Origin: Vicugna vicugna
Taxonomy: Eukaryota
DNA length: 64,000 nt
Assembly: GCA_013265495.1 (NCBI GenBank)
Contig: MU057796.1
Location: forward strand, 744,001 to 808,000
Direction of reading: 5' to 3'
A program made the translations under genes and the position numbers. Each line of letters starts with the position of its first letter. The first letter of the stretch is position 1. Below the pieces are notes generated by a model. It was not told where the DNA came from. It made no database searches and saw only the letters and a list, made by a program, of their open reading frames with translations. This document shows positions 1 to 12,285 of this stretch, one piece after another.

Positions 1-349
1 GCCTGGAAATTTTCTCAGCTAGCTCACCACATCACTCAGGGAAATGTCTACTTTCCACATTACTGCAGGAGACAGCATCCCACCCAGGGATCCCTTTCTG
101 TGTAGTTTCCAGTATTTTTCTCACTTTCCTTTTCTCACTTTCCCTTCTCACTTTCTTTTTTTTCATTTTCCTCACTGTTCGTCTCCTTGGAACCATCAGG
201 ATTCCAATAAGAGTCTCTTTGCTGCCATTTAGGCTCTCACTAACATTCCTTTGACAGGCCTACTTTTTACACATTGCTTAGTCTGAAGGCAATTCCTACA
301 TTTTTTAGATTTTTGTTAGAGTAGCACCACACTCCTGGTACCAAAATCT
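1..349 (-). mobile_element. ERVL-MaLR (MLT1-type) internal sequence, 5' part, adjoining its LTR
   Basis: Reverse complement of 300-348 reads GATTTTGGTACCAGGAGTGTGGTGCTACTCTAACAAAAATCTAAAAAATGT, like the start of MaLR internal sequences, and abuts the LTR at 350-858. Confidence 0.65.
116..155. repeat. Short 14-bp tandem repeat (TTTTCTCACTTTCC) x ~3
   Basis: Copies at 116-129 and 130-143, plus a partial copy at 144-155. Confidence 0.8.
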
Positions 350-858
350 ATAAGAATTATCTATCACTACATAACTTCACCTTCAAACTTAGTGATTAGA
401 ATACAAATAATCATGTATTACCTCTTTGATTTTCAGGCAAGAATTTGGGTGCAGCTTGGCTGGGCAGTTCTGGCTGAGGGTTTCTCTTGAGGTTCAGTCA
501 GATGTCAGCTGGGACTCCAGTGATCTGGAGGCAGGAATTGGTCTGAGGCATCCACTCCAGGATGGATTGCTCACATGGCTACAAGTCAATGCTGGCAGTT
601 GGAGGAAGGTTTCATTTCTTCTCTAGGGGGCCTCTCCACTGGACTACCACCCTGCTCAGGGCATATTAGCTGACTTCTCCCTGAGGGAGTGATCCTAAAT
701 AACCAAAGCAGAAACTGAAATACCTTTTATGACTTAACTTCAGAAATCACACATTGCTGCCTCTGCAGTATCTTATTGGTCACACAGCTTAGCCCTATTC
801 ATGGTTGGAAGGGATCACATAGGGTCATGGGCAGGCATCTTTGAGGCTGGCCACCACA
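350..858 (-). mobile_element. MLT1 (F/G/H-like) MaLR LTR
   Basis: Contains GAATTTGGGTGCAGCTTGGCTGGGCAGTTCTGGCTGAGGGTTTCTCTTGAGGTT and ends in GGCTGGCCACCACA, typical of reverse-oriented MLT1 LTRs. Subfamily is from recall. Confidence 0.75.
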
Positions 859-924
859 GACACACTTCACATTCATCAGACTTTCCATACTTAGATTTTT
901 ATTTACTGAATAAGACTAGGAAGT

Positions 925-1441
925 AGGAACAGTCAAGTGGAAGCATCTGAGACAGCCCCCTCCAGCTGAGACAAAACGTCAAATATAATATTACATCCTA
1001 GGGGAAATGTCAAAGAGTAGTTCCACACTAAAAGACATAAAGGATGCTGGGGTAATGATTCCCAGCATACTCCTGATTTAATTCACCAGTCTGGTCCTTC
1101 CTTCCCCAAGCTGGATGGGTAAAGGTAGATGTCAGGAGATTACTGCAAACTTAGCTAACGTGCAGCCCTCGCTGCAGCTCTGTGCAGGCGGTGGCATCTT
1201 CGCTGCAGCTGACTAATATAACTTTGGGTATGTGGAATATGGCTATGACGTCATACATGTGTCTCTTCAATGCTCATCTGGAAGTAGGATCAGAGATAGT
1301 GCACATTCACATAGGATGGATGTCTGGCCCCCAAAACTGTATTCATTTTGCTGCTCTCTGTTGCTACACAGCCTCAAGAGATTGGGACTATTCCACAGAA
1401 GAAATGCCACAGACGATCACATGGGTACAGTATGTTGACAA
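925..1441 (+). mobile_element. Decayed ERVL (class III ERV) pol, reverse transcriptase N-terminal part
   Basis: Frameshifted translation gives KWKHL, TLKDIKDAGVMIP, FNSPVW, DYCKL and ITWVQYVD, matching ERV-L RT motifs (IKDLKDAGVVIP, FNSPIW, DYRKLN, LVHYIDD). Confidence 0.8.
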
Positions 1442-1915
1442 TGTATGATCTATCGCCGCATAACAAAGGACGCCCAAACGTAGTGACTTAAAGTAACAAT
1501 TTTATTATCTCACATAGTTTCTCTTGGTCAGGAATTTGGGAGCAACTTGGCTCAGAAGTTTTAGCTCAAGGTCCCTGATGAGTTTATAGTCAAGGTGTTG
1601 GTCAGGACGGCAGTCCTCCGATGTCTTGACTGGTGGTAGAGGCCCTACTTTCACATAGGTTCGCACACATGACTGGTGAGCAGGTGCTGGCTCTAGAGAG
1701 AACACCTCAGTTCCTCATTACGTGGATCCTCTCTTTAGGGCTACTTAGGTATCTTCATAACAGAGCAGCTGGCAACCCCTAAGACAGCAAGGAAGATGCT
1801 TTCATGGCCTTCCCTTGGGAATGATAGCTCTACAGATTGTGAAAGGAAATACACAAATGCAGGAGACACAGGAGGAGAGAATCATTGGTGACATTCCTGC
1901 AGGCTGACTACTACA
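1442..1915 (-). mobile_element. MLT1F-like MaLR solo LTR inserted into the ERVL pol
   Basis: TG...CA ends (TGTATGATCTATCGCCGCATAACAAA ... GGCTGACTACTACA) and an internal GGTCAGGAATTTGGGAGCAACTTGGCT motif resembling the LTR at 350-858. Confidence 0.75.
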
Positions 1916-2405
1916 CATGACATCATGTTAACCAGACCCGGTAAGTAAGAAGTGGCAAGTCCTCAGGATGTCTAAAGAGGATAAGAGATCAACTCCACAA
2001 AGATTCAGGGACCTACCAAATCAGGGATATTTTAAGGGGTTCCATTGCCTGGGTGATTCAGGACATCCCTTCAAAATAAAGGACAAGTTATTGTACCTTG
2101 TACCGCCTGCCACTAAGAAAGTAGAACAATGCTAAGTAGCCTGCTTTATGCTTCAGAGGCAGTACGTTCCATACTTGAGCACAATGTTCAATTTCATACA
2201 TCATGTAAGACAGACGTTTTGAGTGGAGCCTAGAGCAAGAAGATTACTTGTTGCAAGGTCAGGCTATAGTAAAAGCAACCCTGCCCCTTCCTCCATCTAA
2301 TCTTACAGACCTTGTAGTTCCCAAGATACCTGTGGGAAAGAAAAAAGCTGGGTGAGCCCCTAACAAGCCCCAGTGGGAAAACTGCAGCGCAGAACAAAGG
2401 CCACT
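1916..2405 (+). mobile_element. Decayed ERVL pol, continuation (RT palm/thumb/connection)
   Basis: Fragments read DIMLT, EINSTKIQGPT, DIPSK*KDKLLYLVPPATKK, FEWSLEQE, QVRL/KATLPL and QAPVGKLQ, matching ERV-L pol (DIMLIG, EINPTKIQGP, DIPSKVKDKLLHLAPPTTKK, FEWGPEQE, WQAPIGESQ). Confidence 0.8.
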
Positions 2406-2439
2406 TCCTCACTTGTCCCCAGCCTCAGAGTTCTCCTTG

Positions 2440-2830
2440 CAGCTTTGCCAACTGTCAATGTGTCTTCATACTTGCTATTTCCTCTGCCTGAAATGCTCTT
2501 TCATCACATATCTTGGCTCACTGTTACGTGTCTCTGCTTACATACCACTCTATCGTGAGTCAAGGGTGAACTCCATTTAATACTGCAATCCCCCATTCCT
2601 CACCCAGCACTCTATCTTTCTTTCCCTGCTTTATTTTTCTCTAGAGGATTTAATGTAACAAACTATATACTTCATGTATCTGGTTTTTTTTGTATGTGAT
2701 TCACAGTAGAATGTAAATTCGATCAGGGTAAGGTTATTTGTCAAATGTTTTAAGCTGCTGGATCCCCAATATGTATAGAACAGTTTCAGCACAGAACCGA
2801 CACTCGATAAGTATTTATTGGATGAATGAC
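2440..2830 (+). mobile_element. L2 LINE 3' end fragment
   Basis: TTCCTCTGCCTGAAATGCTCTT ... CACAGAACCGACACTCGATAAGTATTTATTGGATGAATGA is a typical L2 terminus. Confidence 0.65.
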
Positions 2831-2907
2831 TCCAAATTTTCATTGCCTAATGAACATCTTCATCTCAACACTTCCAAGACACTGATCATTCATTATCTCT
2901 CATCCCC

Positions 2908-3415
2908 TGTAGTAGGCAGAAGAATGCACTCCTCCAAAGGTGTCCATGTCCTAATCCCTGCAGTCTGTGAATACAACCTGTGTAGATTAGGGAACTGGGC
3001 TGCAGACAAAACTAAGATTGATAATTAGCTGACCTTAAGATAAGGAAATTATCCCACAGTAGCTGGATGGGCTCAATGGAATCACAAGAATCCTTTGAAG
3101 TGGAAGAGGAACAAGAGGAGGAGCTCAGAGTGATGTGATGTTAGAAGGACTCAACCGGGCTTTGCTAGCTCTAAAGATGGACGAATGCAGTGACAAACCA
3201 TGCAATGCAGGCAGCCTCTGGAAGGTGGAGGAAGCAAGGAAATGAACCCTTTCCCAAACCTGCAGAAAGGAGAACAGTCCTGCTAATGCCTTGACTTTAG
3301 TCTGGTGAGAACCACATCAGACTTCTGACCTGCAGAACTAAGATAATGCGTGTGTGTTGTTTAAGCTACTGGATTTTGTGGTAAATTGTTACAACGGCAG
3401 AGGAAAACTAACACA
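2908..3415 (+). mobile_element. MLT1D-like MaLR solo LTR
   Basis: Starts TGTAGTAGGCAGAAGAATG...GTCCATGTCCTAATCCCTG and ends GGAAAACTAACACA. Flanks TCCCC / TCTCC fit a decayed 5-bp TSD. Confidence 0.85.
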
Positions 3416-4329
3416 TCTCCTCCTTATTCTCTTCAGATCTTCCTTGGCTCCCATACCCTTTTTGTTACCAGGAACACAGTTTTATTTAGGGGTCATAGCT
3501 TCCTTTAAGGAGCAAGTTAGTCCCCTCCCTCAACTCCCATTTTCACATAGTGACTTCAGTAAACATCAGCCTTCAGAAGTCAAATTCCTACTCATCTTTT
3601 CCTATTTCCACACCTGGAACCAAACAAGCCCATAGCTTTAATCCCCTTTTGTGTTTCTGTTGTGTTCCTGGTCAACAGAAATGCTAATCTTGCATTCAAG
3701 CATGCTTACATTTTATTAATTTTTAAATATCACTTTCTTTTCTTACTAAGTCACCAGGTTTTACCCATTCTGCTTCTAAAATGTCCACAGAATTTGCCCA
3801 TCAGTGAAATCACTGCTGCAAGTTTAGTTCAAGCGCTAGGCATCTCTTCATGGATGACTGCAGTAACGTCTGAACTGGTTTGGATATTTCCAGACTGTCT
3901 CATCTTAAATCATTGGCCTCACTGCATTCTTCCTGTGATTGTTATAAATTAGAAAGATGATGTTATCACTCCCCTGTTCAAAAATCTTACCTAGCTCCTG
4001 TTATATTCGGAGTAATGTTTGTAGTGTTAAGAACCAAGTAGCAGTAAGGCCATAGACTCTGGAATCAAATCGTCTCCATTCTGAACCTTGTTTCAGCAGA
4101 GATTCTGGGTCAGAAAAACCTAGGTTTGCGTATTAATTTTTCCATTTAATGCCTGACTCAGGGTAAAGTCCTCACCCGTCTAGGAGATCACTGTAGTTCA
4201 CAGAGTCGTGAGAGTTCTATACTGTAGTACACCTAGGGAGCTTAGTACTGGCAGTATGTGATCAATCATTATTAGCTTCTATAATTACGTAAGCCCAGTA
4301 TTCAACGTTCTTAAGATTTGCGCTCTCAG

Positions 4330-4740
4330 TGTTATTCTAGTCAGGCTGCCCTAGCAAACTACCAGAGATTGGGAGGTCCAAACACTGGAAATTAATTTTC
4401 TTGCAGTTCCGGAAGCTGCAAGTACAAGATCAAGGTGCCATTAGGGTTGGTTAATGGTAAAGCCTTCCTTCTTGGCTCATAGAACGCCAACTTCTCCCTG
4501 TGTCCCCACATGGCATTTTATCTGTGTACAGGGAGAGGGAGAGGGGGAGAGAGAGAGAGAGAGAGATCTGGTGTCTCTTCCTGTTCTTATTAGGATGCCA
4601 TTTCTATTGGAGTAGGGCCCCATTTTTATGGCCTCATTTAATCCAAATTACCTTTTAAAGGCACTATCTCCAAATACAGTCACATTGGAGTTCAGGCTTC
4701 CATGTATGGATTCAGAAGAGACACAATGCAGTCTACTGCA
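4330..4740 (-). mobile_element. MLT1A-like MaLR LTR containing a (GA)n tract (~4533-4566)
   Basis: CAGTTCCGGAAGCTGCAAGTACAAGATCAAGGTGCCA and TCTCCAAATACAGTCACATTGGAGTTCAGGCTTC motifs. Confidence 0.75.
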
Positions 4741-7700
4741 CCTTCCTTAATTTGTCATTCTTTACTCCCCTCTCCCTAGTGACACAAATGGTAGGCTCTC
4801 TCACAATACGCACAACCTAAACACACACCTTCCCTTTCTTCTCTAATCAAAATTCGATCCCGTTCAGACTTCTCTGATGTTTCCTTCAGCTCAAATGCAG
4901 CAATAACTCATCTTCCACCTTTGCTCCTACAGTTATTTGTTCAAATCATTAATATTGCTAACATAAGAACAGTATTTTTCAATTTGCATATTTCTTTGAC
5001 ATACAATGTTCTCTGTTAAACCCCATAATCATTGCATGATGTGGTTATTATTAATAAGCTTGTTTTGTGTATGCGGAAGCTGAAGCTTAAAGAGGTTGCT
5101 TGTTTATCATACTGAAATTGAGAACATTAGAAAAGTGCTTGTTTATAGATAATGGTACCATTCACTGATTATGAACCCCATTGAAAAGGGGGCAGGTTTA
5201 TGGGAAAAGATGTTTGATTTGGTACATATTGAGCTTGAAGTGCCTGTAACACACTCGAGTGTGTGAATATTATATACTCATTTAATATAGTTATTCTTGG
5301 ATTAATATGCAAGTTTGGCTTTGACTTTATTTCATAATGTTAGCACAAGTAAGTGATAAGTGGCAAATTACTAACCTCTTTTATTAGTGAAGAATACTAC
5401 TAAATTATTTGTTTACTCTTTATACTTGCTCAACATTTTCTTCTGACTCCTTCCATATATTTTAACTGCTAAACAGCCAATTTTTAAAATCATAGAATTA
5501 GGCAGGATCTGAAGTCGATGGATATTAGGGGATTATCTAAATTTAGTCCTCTCAGTTTACAGATGAAGAAAGCACAGTAGAGCAAGTTAAACGACTCATT
5601 CAAGGTCACAGTGCCCAAGTTAAAAAAAACATTCAGATTTTCTAATTCCAATCAAGTCTATTCCATTATACCAGTGATTCTGCAAACAGTATTCTGCAAA
5701 ACATAAACTGTGTGAGAAGTTCAGTGAGTTAAATGATTCAAGTGTGACTTCCAACCCTGAATATAATCCTGTCTCTTTTAAAATTTTATTTAACTCAGCA
5801 TTTAATGACAGAACCCCTTTTCCACCATGTATTAATGCTTGTAGGAAATGCTTTGGGAAATGATACAGTATGCCATACATGAGTATGACAATGGTGGATT
5901 TAAAAGATATCTGGTATGCTTGGTAGGAAAATCATCCTGCTGTGTTGAAGTTAGAATGATGCAAAAGAAAGAGTTCCATTTATCTGATAGATTTATACTG
6001 TTATTGGAAGGCACAGGGCATATAAATGAAATAGTTTTATTAATAAATGAGTAGGCACATTGTCTTAGCCATGTGCCTAGACCATATTAATCTTATTGTA
6101 AGGATGGGTTTTTGAGGATTGATTTCTCCTAAATAAGAGGTGATGCAAATACACTTACCTAGGAGTTGAGGACTAGAATTGTTGGAGAATTGTTCTTTTC
6201 ATGGTATGCTAGTAATCTGGTAATGAGGCTCTTGTGCTTTTAGTTGACAGAGATATTCGGGGAAAGACAAGAAAATAAGCAGAGTTAGAGTTTGATAATG
6301 AATAATTAATTCTGCTTTTGTGAAGTAGTAAGGATGGCTAAAGAGAATTATTATGGAAATCTAAGCCCGGTTTTATTGAAGTGCCATGACGTGAATTTGA
6401 AAGAAATACTACAGGAACAGAAGTTTCTGATATTTTAAGACTCTCTTTTAGGACTAAAGAGAATTTATACAAGCTATGTGCATATTAATGCGATACATCA
6501 ATTTATTCAGAACCATAGATGGTCTTAAGAAAAAAAATAATACTATGCTAAAATACGCAGCAAGATAAATACTTCAAAGAAAATTCACATAATTTTCAAG
6601 TCATTATAATAAAAGAGAAAGGCTTTATTGTCCTGTACCAGATACATATGCAACAAACTTGACTGTTTTCAATTCTTCTATATAATTAATGAATACGAAA
6701 AATTTAAATGAATATTAATTTGTATTTCTACTGTAGCTTAAGCAAGTTCACAACTTAAATGTTGTAAGTAATGAATAATTAAGCAACATAAATAATTTAA
6801 CGTTAATTAAATATTCCTTGTTAAAAATACGTCCTGCTAATTAAAGAAGCTTAAAACATTGCAAATAAAGAATATAGCCTAAAGGCCGAAAGGACATACA
6901 TATCAATGTCTACCCACAATTCTGCCAGCTTCACTGTAGCTAGAAAGTAATAAAAATCACAGATCAAGACATATTTCGTTTTTAAAAATACACTTTGAAG
7001 GTATGGCTTTTTCTTTCTATCTATAGACAGTTAATCAAATCTATAACTACTACCTATATATTAATAGAAAGAAAACAAATGTGGCAAATACCTCTGAACT
7101 GAGTTCTGCCACTTACAGGATCCATGAACATTGACCCTTCTATGTCTTTCAGGAAGTAAAATAATTATGCAAATTGTAAATCACCATGCAAATATTAGGT
7201 ATTTAGTTGGACCACTCAATAGTATTTTCCCTGATCCCTCACTTACTGAAAGATAATGAAATCTTAAGTTCCAGTAAAGGCAAGTTACATTCTATCAACT
7301 AATACTTATTGAGATCCAGCAATATATATTTAAGGCTCCCTATTACATACTATGAATAAAACATGTCGTTGGCATCCATAGATGTATATTCCATGAGAAG
7401 AGTAAATAATCCTTTGCAAATACAAATGACAATAATTGTCATAAGCAAGTTGCAGATAAGGTACTAAGAAATTTCAGAGGCTAAAATTTTTCTTTTAGAT
7501 TGTAATGACTGGAAAAAGCTTTATCACAAAGTGGCATTTATACCATGGGTATAATGAAGAATGAGTAAGTACTGGTTTGAAAAAAATAGGATAAAGAATA
7601 TACCAAAGGGAATGACAATTCGGAGGAAGGCTATAATTACGGTTCGGGCACTTTGAACAATTCCTTTTAACTGCAGCAAAGGTTGCTTAAGTTAGAAATG

Positions 7701-8129
7701 AAGTATAAATTTGCAAACCATCTTATTTGCTGCCTAAAAGAAATCATCAGATTTCACCTTTTCGTTTTAAATTCAAAGGTCAGCCAGAATAAGTTCTTTT
7801 CTTTTGAAGCAGTGAATATAGAAGTTTTCACCCATTGCTTGTCAGCGATTAAAACTTGGTCTTTATTCCAGGTGTTGCCCATACACCCTATAGTCTCAAA
7901 AACTGTAGATGAAACGGCTCTACCATTTACAAACAGGCCGCTTTGAATCCGTTTTCCTATAAACAGCTCTGTAATTCTGCGTTACAGCTGGTGGAGACGT
8001 TTCTAACGCACAGTATGCCACATTCCTCGGTGATGTTAATCGTTGACTCGATTTTACATGATTGATCACGAGGCTCACAGCCTCCAATTTATCGGCAGCT
8101 CTCAACACAGACAGGGATGTTTCCTCACC

Positions 8130-9120
8130 GAGACTCAACCGTCGCCTTAAAGCTGTCCTTCAGCGTAACTAATACGACTAATTTTAAGGTATAGGCTAGG
8201 CCACGTTCTGGGCCCCCGGAGCCTCCAGCTAAGCCCAGAGCAGTGCGGAGAGGACGCAGGTATTCCAGGATGGGAGCGATGCTCCCGCCAACACCAACGC
8301 CGCCGCCGCTCCGAAGGGGCGAGGACTGGGCTCGGAAAGGCGGGGGGCGGCCCCAGCCGTCCGCGGCAGTTCCCGCCCCCCGGTTCCGCTGTCGGGGAGG
8401 CGGCTCCGCGCCCTCCGGCTGTGGGGGCGGCGGCGTAAGAGGAGCCGGAAGTGGCCGCAGTCCTTCCGGTAGGGGAAACTGCTCGCCGCCGCTCCGACCC
8501 GGCTTGACAGGCGCGGTCCCTGCAAGTAGGTCTCCTTCCTTTGGCCTTCCGCCCGTCCGCCCTCGCAGCTCGTCGGCCGCTGCCGCCCCGCCACGCCTGT
8601 CTCCGAGCCCGCCCTTCCCCCATGTGCCGGGGCAGGAGTCCTGAAAGCCGAGACCCGCTCGCCGGTACCCCATCATGTCCGAACTGACCAGAGAGCTGAT
8701 GGAGCTGGTGTGGGGCACCAAAAGCAGCCCCGGTCTCTCCGACACCATCTTCTGCCGCTGGACGCAAGGTACCCTGGCAGGACTGCCCTTTCCTGCCGCC
8801 GCTTCCTTTGGCCCCGCGGGAAGGCGGCCCGTGACGCCGCGGGCGCGGACCCCCTCGCGCGCCCGGCACTCGGCCCCAGCCCCCTAGCTCAGCGCTGAAA
8901 CCGGACTTCCTAGAAACGCCCTGCCGGCCTTGGGGGAGAGGCTGAGTGCCGAAGGGCTGCAGCTGTCCGCTGGAGAGCGGGAGCGCCTGTGCCGCTCCCT
9001 CCCTGGGCTGCCTCTCGGCGGGAGAGGCGAGGGGCGGCTGGCGGGCTGCAGGGTGTGACACCGCAGGTGTGCCCTGCGCCGCGGTGTCAGCTTCTCAAGA
9101 AGTGCTCTGGCCGCCGGAAT
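8130..9120 (+). promoter_or_regulatory. MINDY3: CpG island / TATA-less promoter and 5' leader of MINDY3
   Basis: Abrupt GC- and CpG-rich kilobase in an AT-rich background around exon 1. GC boxes at 8344-8350, 8373-8379 and 8423-8430; ETS/GABPA-type CCGGAAGTG at 8445-8453 and an inverted CTTCCGGT at 8463-8470. The TSS cannot be determined from sequence. Confidence 0.9.
8675..8768 (+). CDS. MINDY3: MINDY3 coding exon 1 (94 nt): MSELTRELMELVWGTKSSPGLSDTIFCRWTQ-G
   Basis: ATG in catcATGt context; N-terminus matches MINDY3/FAM188A; donor AAG|GTACCC, phase 1. Confidence 0.97.
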
Positions 9121-10129
9121 CTTTATCCCCTAACAAGGCTTCGTGGTATGGGCGTTTGGTCTAATTTTGGAGCGAGCAAAGTCCACACGGAAGTGGCCGT
9201 GGCTAATTCCAGAAAGCGATTTTGTTGTGTTTTAATTAGCTGGTTAGGCGTGGTGGTTGGTTAGGCGTGGTGCTCGATGCATAAATCAGATGTTGCTGCT
9301 GCAAAGTGTTCTCATGACCCAAAGTGTCCCCGGTTTTGAGGTGGTTTGCTATCTGTTACAGTTAAAGGGAATATGGATCATAGAACTTTCTGTGCCGATC
9401 TAATTACCCAGACAGGATTTTGAGTTATATAAGAAGTTTTATTAATAATACGAATAATGAAGTGAAAAATACCATTTATGGAATCCCAGCGCCTCCTAGG
9501 CTCTGCCCTGGGCACTTTATGCTACTAGTCAACTCAAACTTAAGTTTTAATATTAAAACACAATAGACACATTACTTAAAATTAGTAACAAAAATTCAGG
9601 GTTTAAGTAATCCCTTCCTCCTTCTCAGATACTTCTCTTTTAAGAGCTGGTAAAATCAGAATCGTAATATATTACAGTTAGGTTATTTAGTCCATTACTC
9701 TTGTTTTGAGGATGAGCGAAATGAGTTCCGAAGGCTAAACAACCAGCCCAAAGTTGCACAGATTGATAGAAGTGGGAGTGAATTCCAGCTCTCCCACCTC
9801 CTAATACAGCTCTGTTTTTGTTATTTTCCTTTGTGTTTCTACATGTCTATGACATGTAATTAGTTTTGTTCTTTTTTCACATTTAATTATGTCGCTTAAC
9901 TAATATTTTCTGAAATCTTGGACATCCACATTTGCATGTTTTATTTTAAAACTTGCTTGCCAGTTTGTCTCACTTATCCTAATAGTGAACAGCCCAAAAG
10001 TACACTAGACTGTGAGTGTTGAGATAAGTTTTACTTCCTGTTAATTAACTAATAATACAATACAGAATCAGGTGATATTCAGCTTCATTTATGTTAATAC
10101 TGTGATGCAGATTCAAGAATTCAGAGAGG

Positions 10130-10350
10130 CAGTTCTAATAATGGTTAACAGCAGACTTTGGAATGGGCATACCTGAGTTCTAGGTTCATATTTTTTAACT
10201 TACTTAAGCCTCAGTTTCCATCTCTGTAAAGTGCAGATACTAGTAGTGCCAGTTTTATGGGGTTGTTGTGAGGGTTAAAGGCAAGTAAATACATCTAGGC
10301 ACTTAGCACAATATCTGACATATAGTAGACACTTAGAAAATGGTAGCTTA
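10130..10350 (+). mobile_element. MIR SINE
   Basis: Core AAGCCTCAGTTTCCATCTCTGTAAAGTG...GGGTTGTTGTGAGGGTTAAA...GCACTTAGCACAATATCTGACATATAGTA. Confidence 0.8.
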
Positions 10351-11399
10351 ATTTAAAATGTTTTATTTTAGATGAAGCCAGAGATCACTCTCTGGCCGTG
10401 CCCTGACAGTACAAGAAATTACTGTATCTTTGATGGCTAATCACTAAAGTAGAACTTCATAATGACATTAGAATGCTCTGCCACCTTTTATTTGTACAGA
10501 AGTTCCTTAACAAGATATGTTCAGTCAATACCATTTCAAAATAAAGGATTACTTATTGAGTCATTTCTGTTTTGCTCTTCAGAGTGTAGTTGTATGGTGG
10601 CTGTGTAATTCCTCAAGGTGTTACATTGATGACGATTTTAAGGCAACCAAATAGTATTAAGTTCCCATCTCTGAATCAGAGGGATGTTGTTACCGGTTTT
10701 GCTGTTAACTTTGTATTCATTTATTCGTTCTTAGAGGCAGAAAACACTGCTGAAGATTGCCGTGGCAGTGACCTGGGATTGTGGGAACAGGCACAAGCTA
10801 CTGCTTTTCTGCGCTTGCCTTACTGCAGTCCTAATGTGACATCAGCTTTGGCTTTATTTCATCATCTATAGCTGTGCTTTGAATTGACATCTGTAATCTC
10901 ATTGCTCTTTTGGAAGCAAGGTGTAGGTGGATTGTGTTTGGGGTAAATATTTATAGAATTAAGTCCAGGAATATGCTATTTATGAAACTTTATTGATTGG
11001 TCATGTTAAATTCCTTCGATATATTAAACCACTGTAGGAGTTGTTTTTTTGTTTCCCCCTGTGTTAACTGATTTGCCAGTTTTAGATAATTCTCTTCTGC
11101 AAATACTTTTTCTTTGAAAAAGAAAGGAAAGTTTTGGTTTGGGCTGGTTTTTGTTGTTGTTTAGTTTAGTTTAGTTTTCTGGCTCATTTTTATTTTAAAG
11201 GCAATAAGTCACATAATTTAAAGATTTGAAATTGTTTTGTTTTTTAACTTGGAGATTTAACTCCCTACTCCGGCCTGCTTCCCTGCTGCTCAGTTGCCTA
11301 TAATACTTTCTAAAGTGTGTATTTGAACCCCCTTATTTTTAAGCACAATTTATCCTTCCTTCCCTTCTTCCCACAGTGTTCCAGGCTTAGACTTGGTAA

Positions 11400-11990
11400 G
11401 ATGCGAGGGAAGACAAATAATAAACACAGTATAAATTAAGTGTATGTAATAGAAGGTAAAGAAATAAGGAGTTATAGGGTGAAGAAACACGGACAGGCCT
11501 CGTTTTAAGATGAGATTTGAGCAAACACTTGAAGTAACCAAGTTAGTCATGCAGATACGTGAAGAGTGTTCCAGGCAGAGAAGATGGCCGTTATGAAAGA
11601 CTTAATACAGAATCTGTCTGGCTTTTTGTTCAAGGAACATGAAGGAGGTTAGTTTGGCTAGAGAGGGAATGAGGGAAGGGGGACAGTAATAAAGATGATG
11701 AAAGAAATAATGTGACCCAAATCATATAAAATTTTATAGGCCATTGTAAGGACTTTGGTTTTTTATTCTGAATAAGATGAGAGGTCACTGGAAGGTTTGG
11801 AGCAAAGGAGAGACACAACATGACAAATTTGTAAAGGGCTGATCTGACTGCAGTGTTTGAGGGTAAACTGTAGTGAACTAACTGAGAGATAACAAGACCA
11901 GATGAGAGAGAACTGCAGTCATTCAAGGGGTAAAAAGTAAGTGGTTAGACCAGGATAGTAGTAGTTGAGATGGTGGGAAGTGGCCACATT
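11400..11990 (-). mobile_element. L2 LINE fragment
   Basis: GAGTGTTCCAGGCAGAG, GGCCATTGTAAGGACTTTGG and CACTGGAAGGTTTGGAGCA motifs of antisense L2. Confidence 0.7.
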
Positions 11991-12118
11991 GACCTCATCC
12001 CAGCAGAACCAAAATAAGAGCCATCTAGGTTTGACTGAAGTGAGTATTAATCTTCAGATAAGTGAAAACATTTTGACTTATTGAGAATTTGTTTTCTTTT
12101 CAGTATTGATTGTCTAGC

Positions 12119-12267
12119 CAGTGTTTGGCAAACATTTCCTGCAAAGGGCCAGTGCCTTCATTGTCTCCTCTTGATACGAATCTCTGCCATTGCAGCAAAA
12201 GCAGCCCTGGATAATATGGGTGTGGCTGTGTTCCGAAACTGCGTTTATAAAACAGGCCAACTCCTGA
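12119..12267. mobile_element. MER58A-like hAT-Charlie non-autonomous element (internally deleted)
   Basis: CAGTGTTTGGCAAACATTTCCTGCAAAGGGCCAG start and TCTGCCATTGCAGCAAAAGCAGCC...GGGTGTGGCTGTGTTCC. Confidence 0.75.
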
Positions 12268-12285
12268 TCTAAATTATTAACTTTT

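Noticed and set aside
8125..9264. Long overlapping ORFs on both strands (304, 207, 133, 121 aa and others)
   Set aside because: Low-complexity G/R/P/A translations expected from a stop-poor CpG island, with no recognisable domain. Only 8675-8768 fits the MINDY3 spliced frame.
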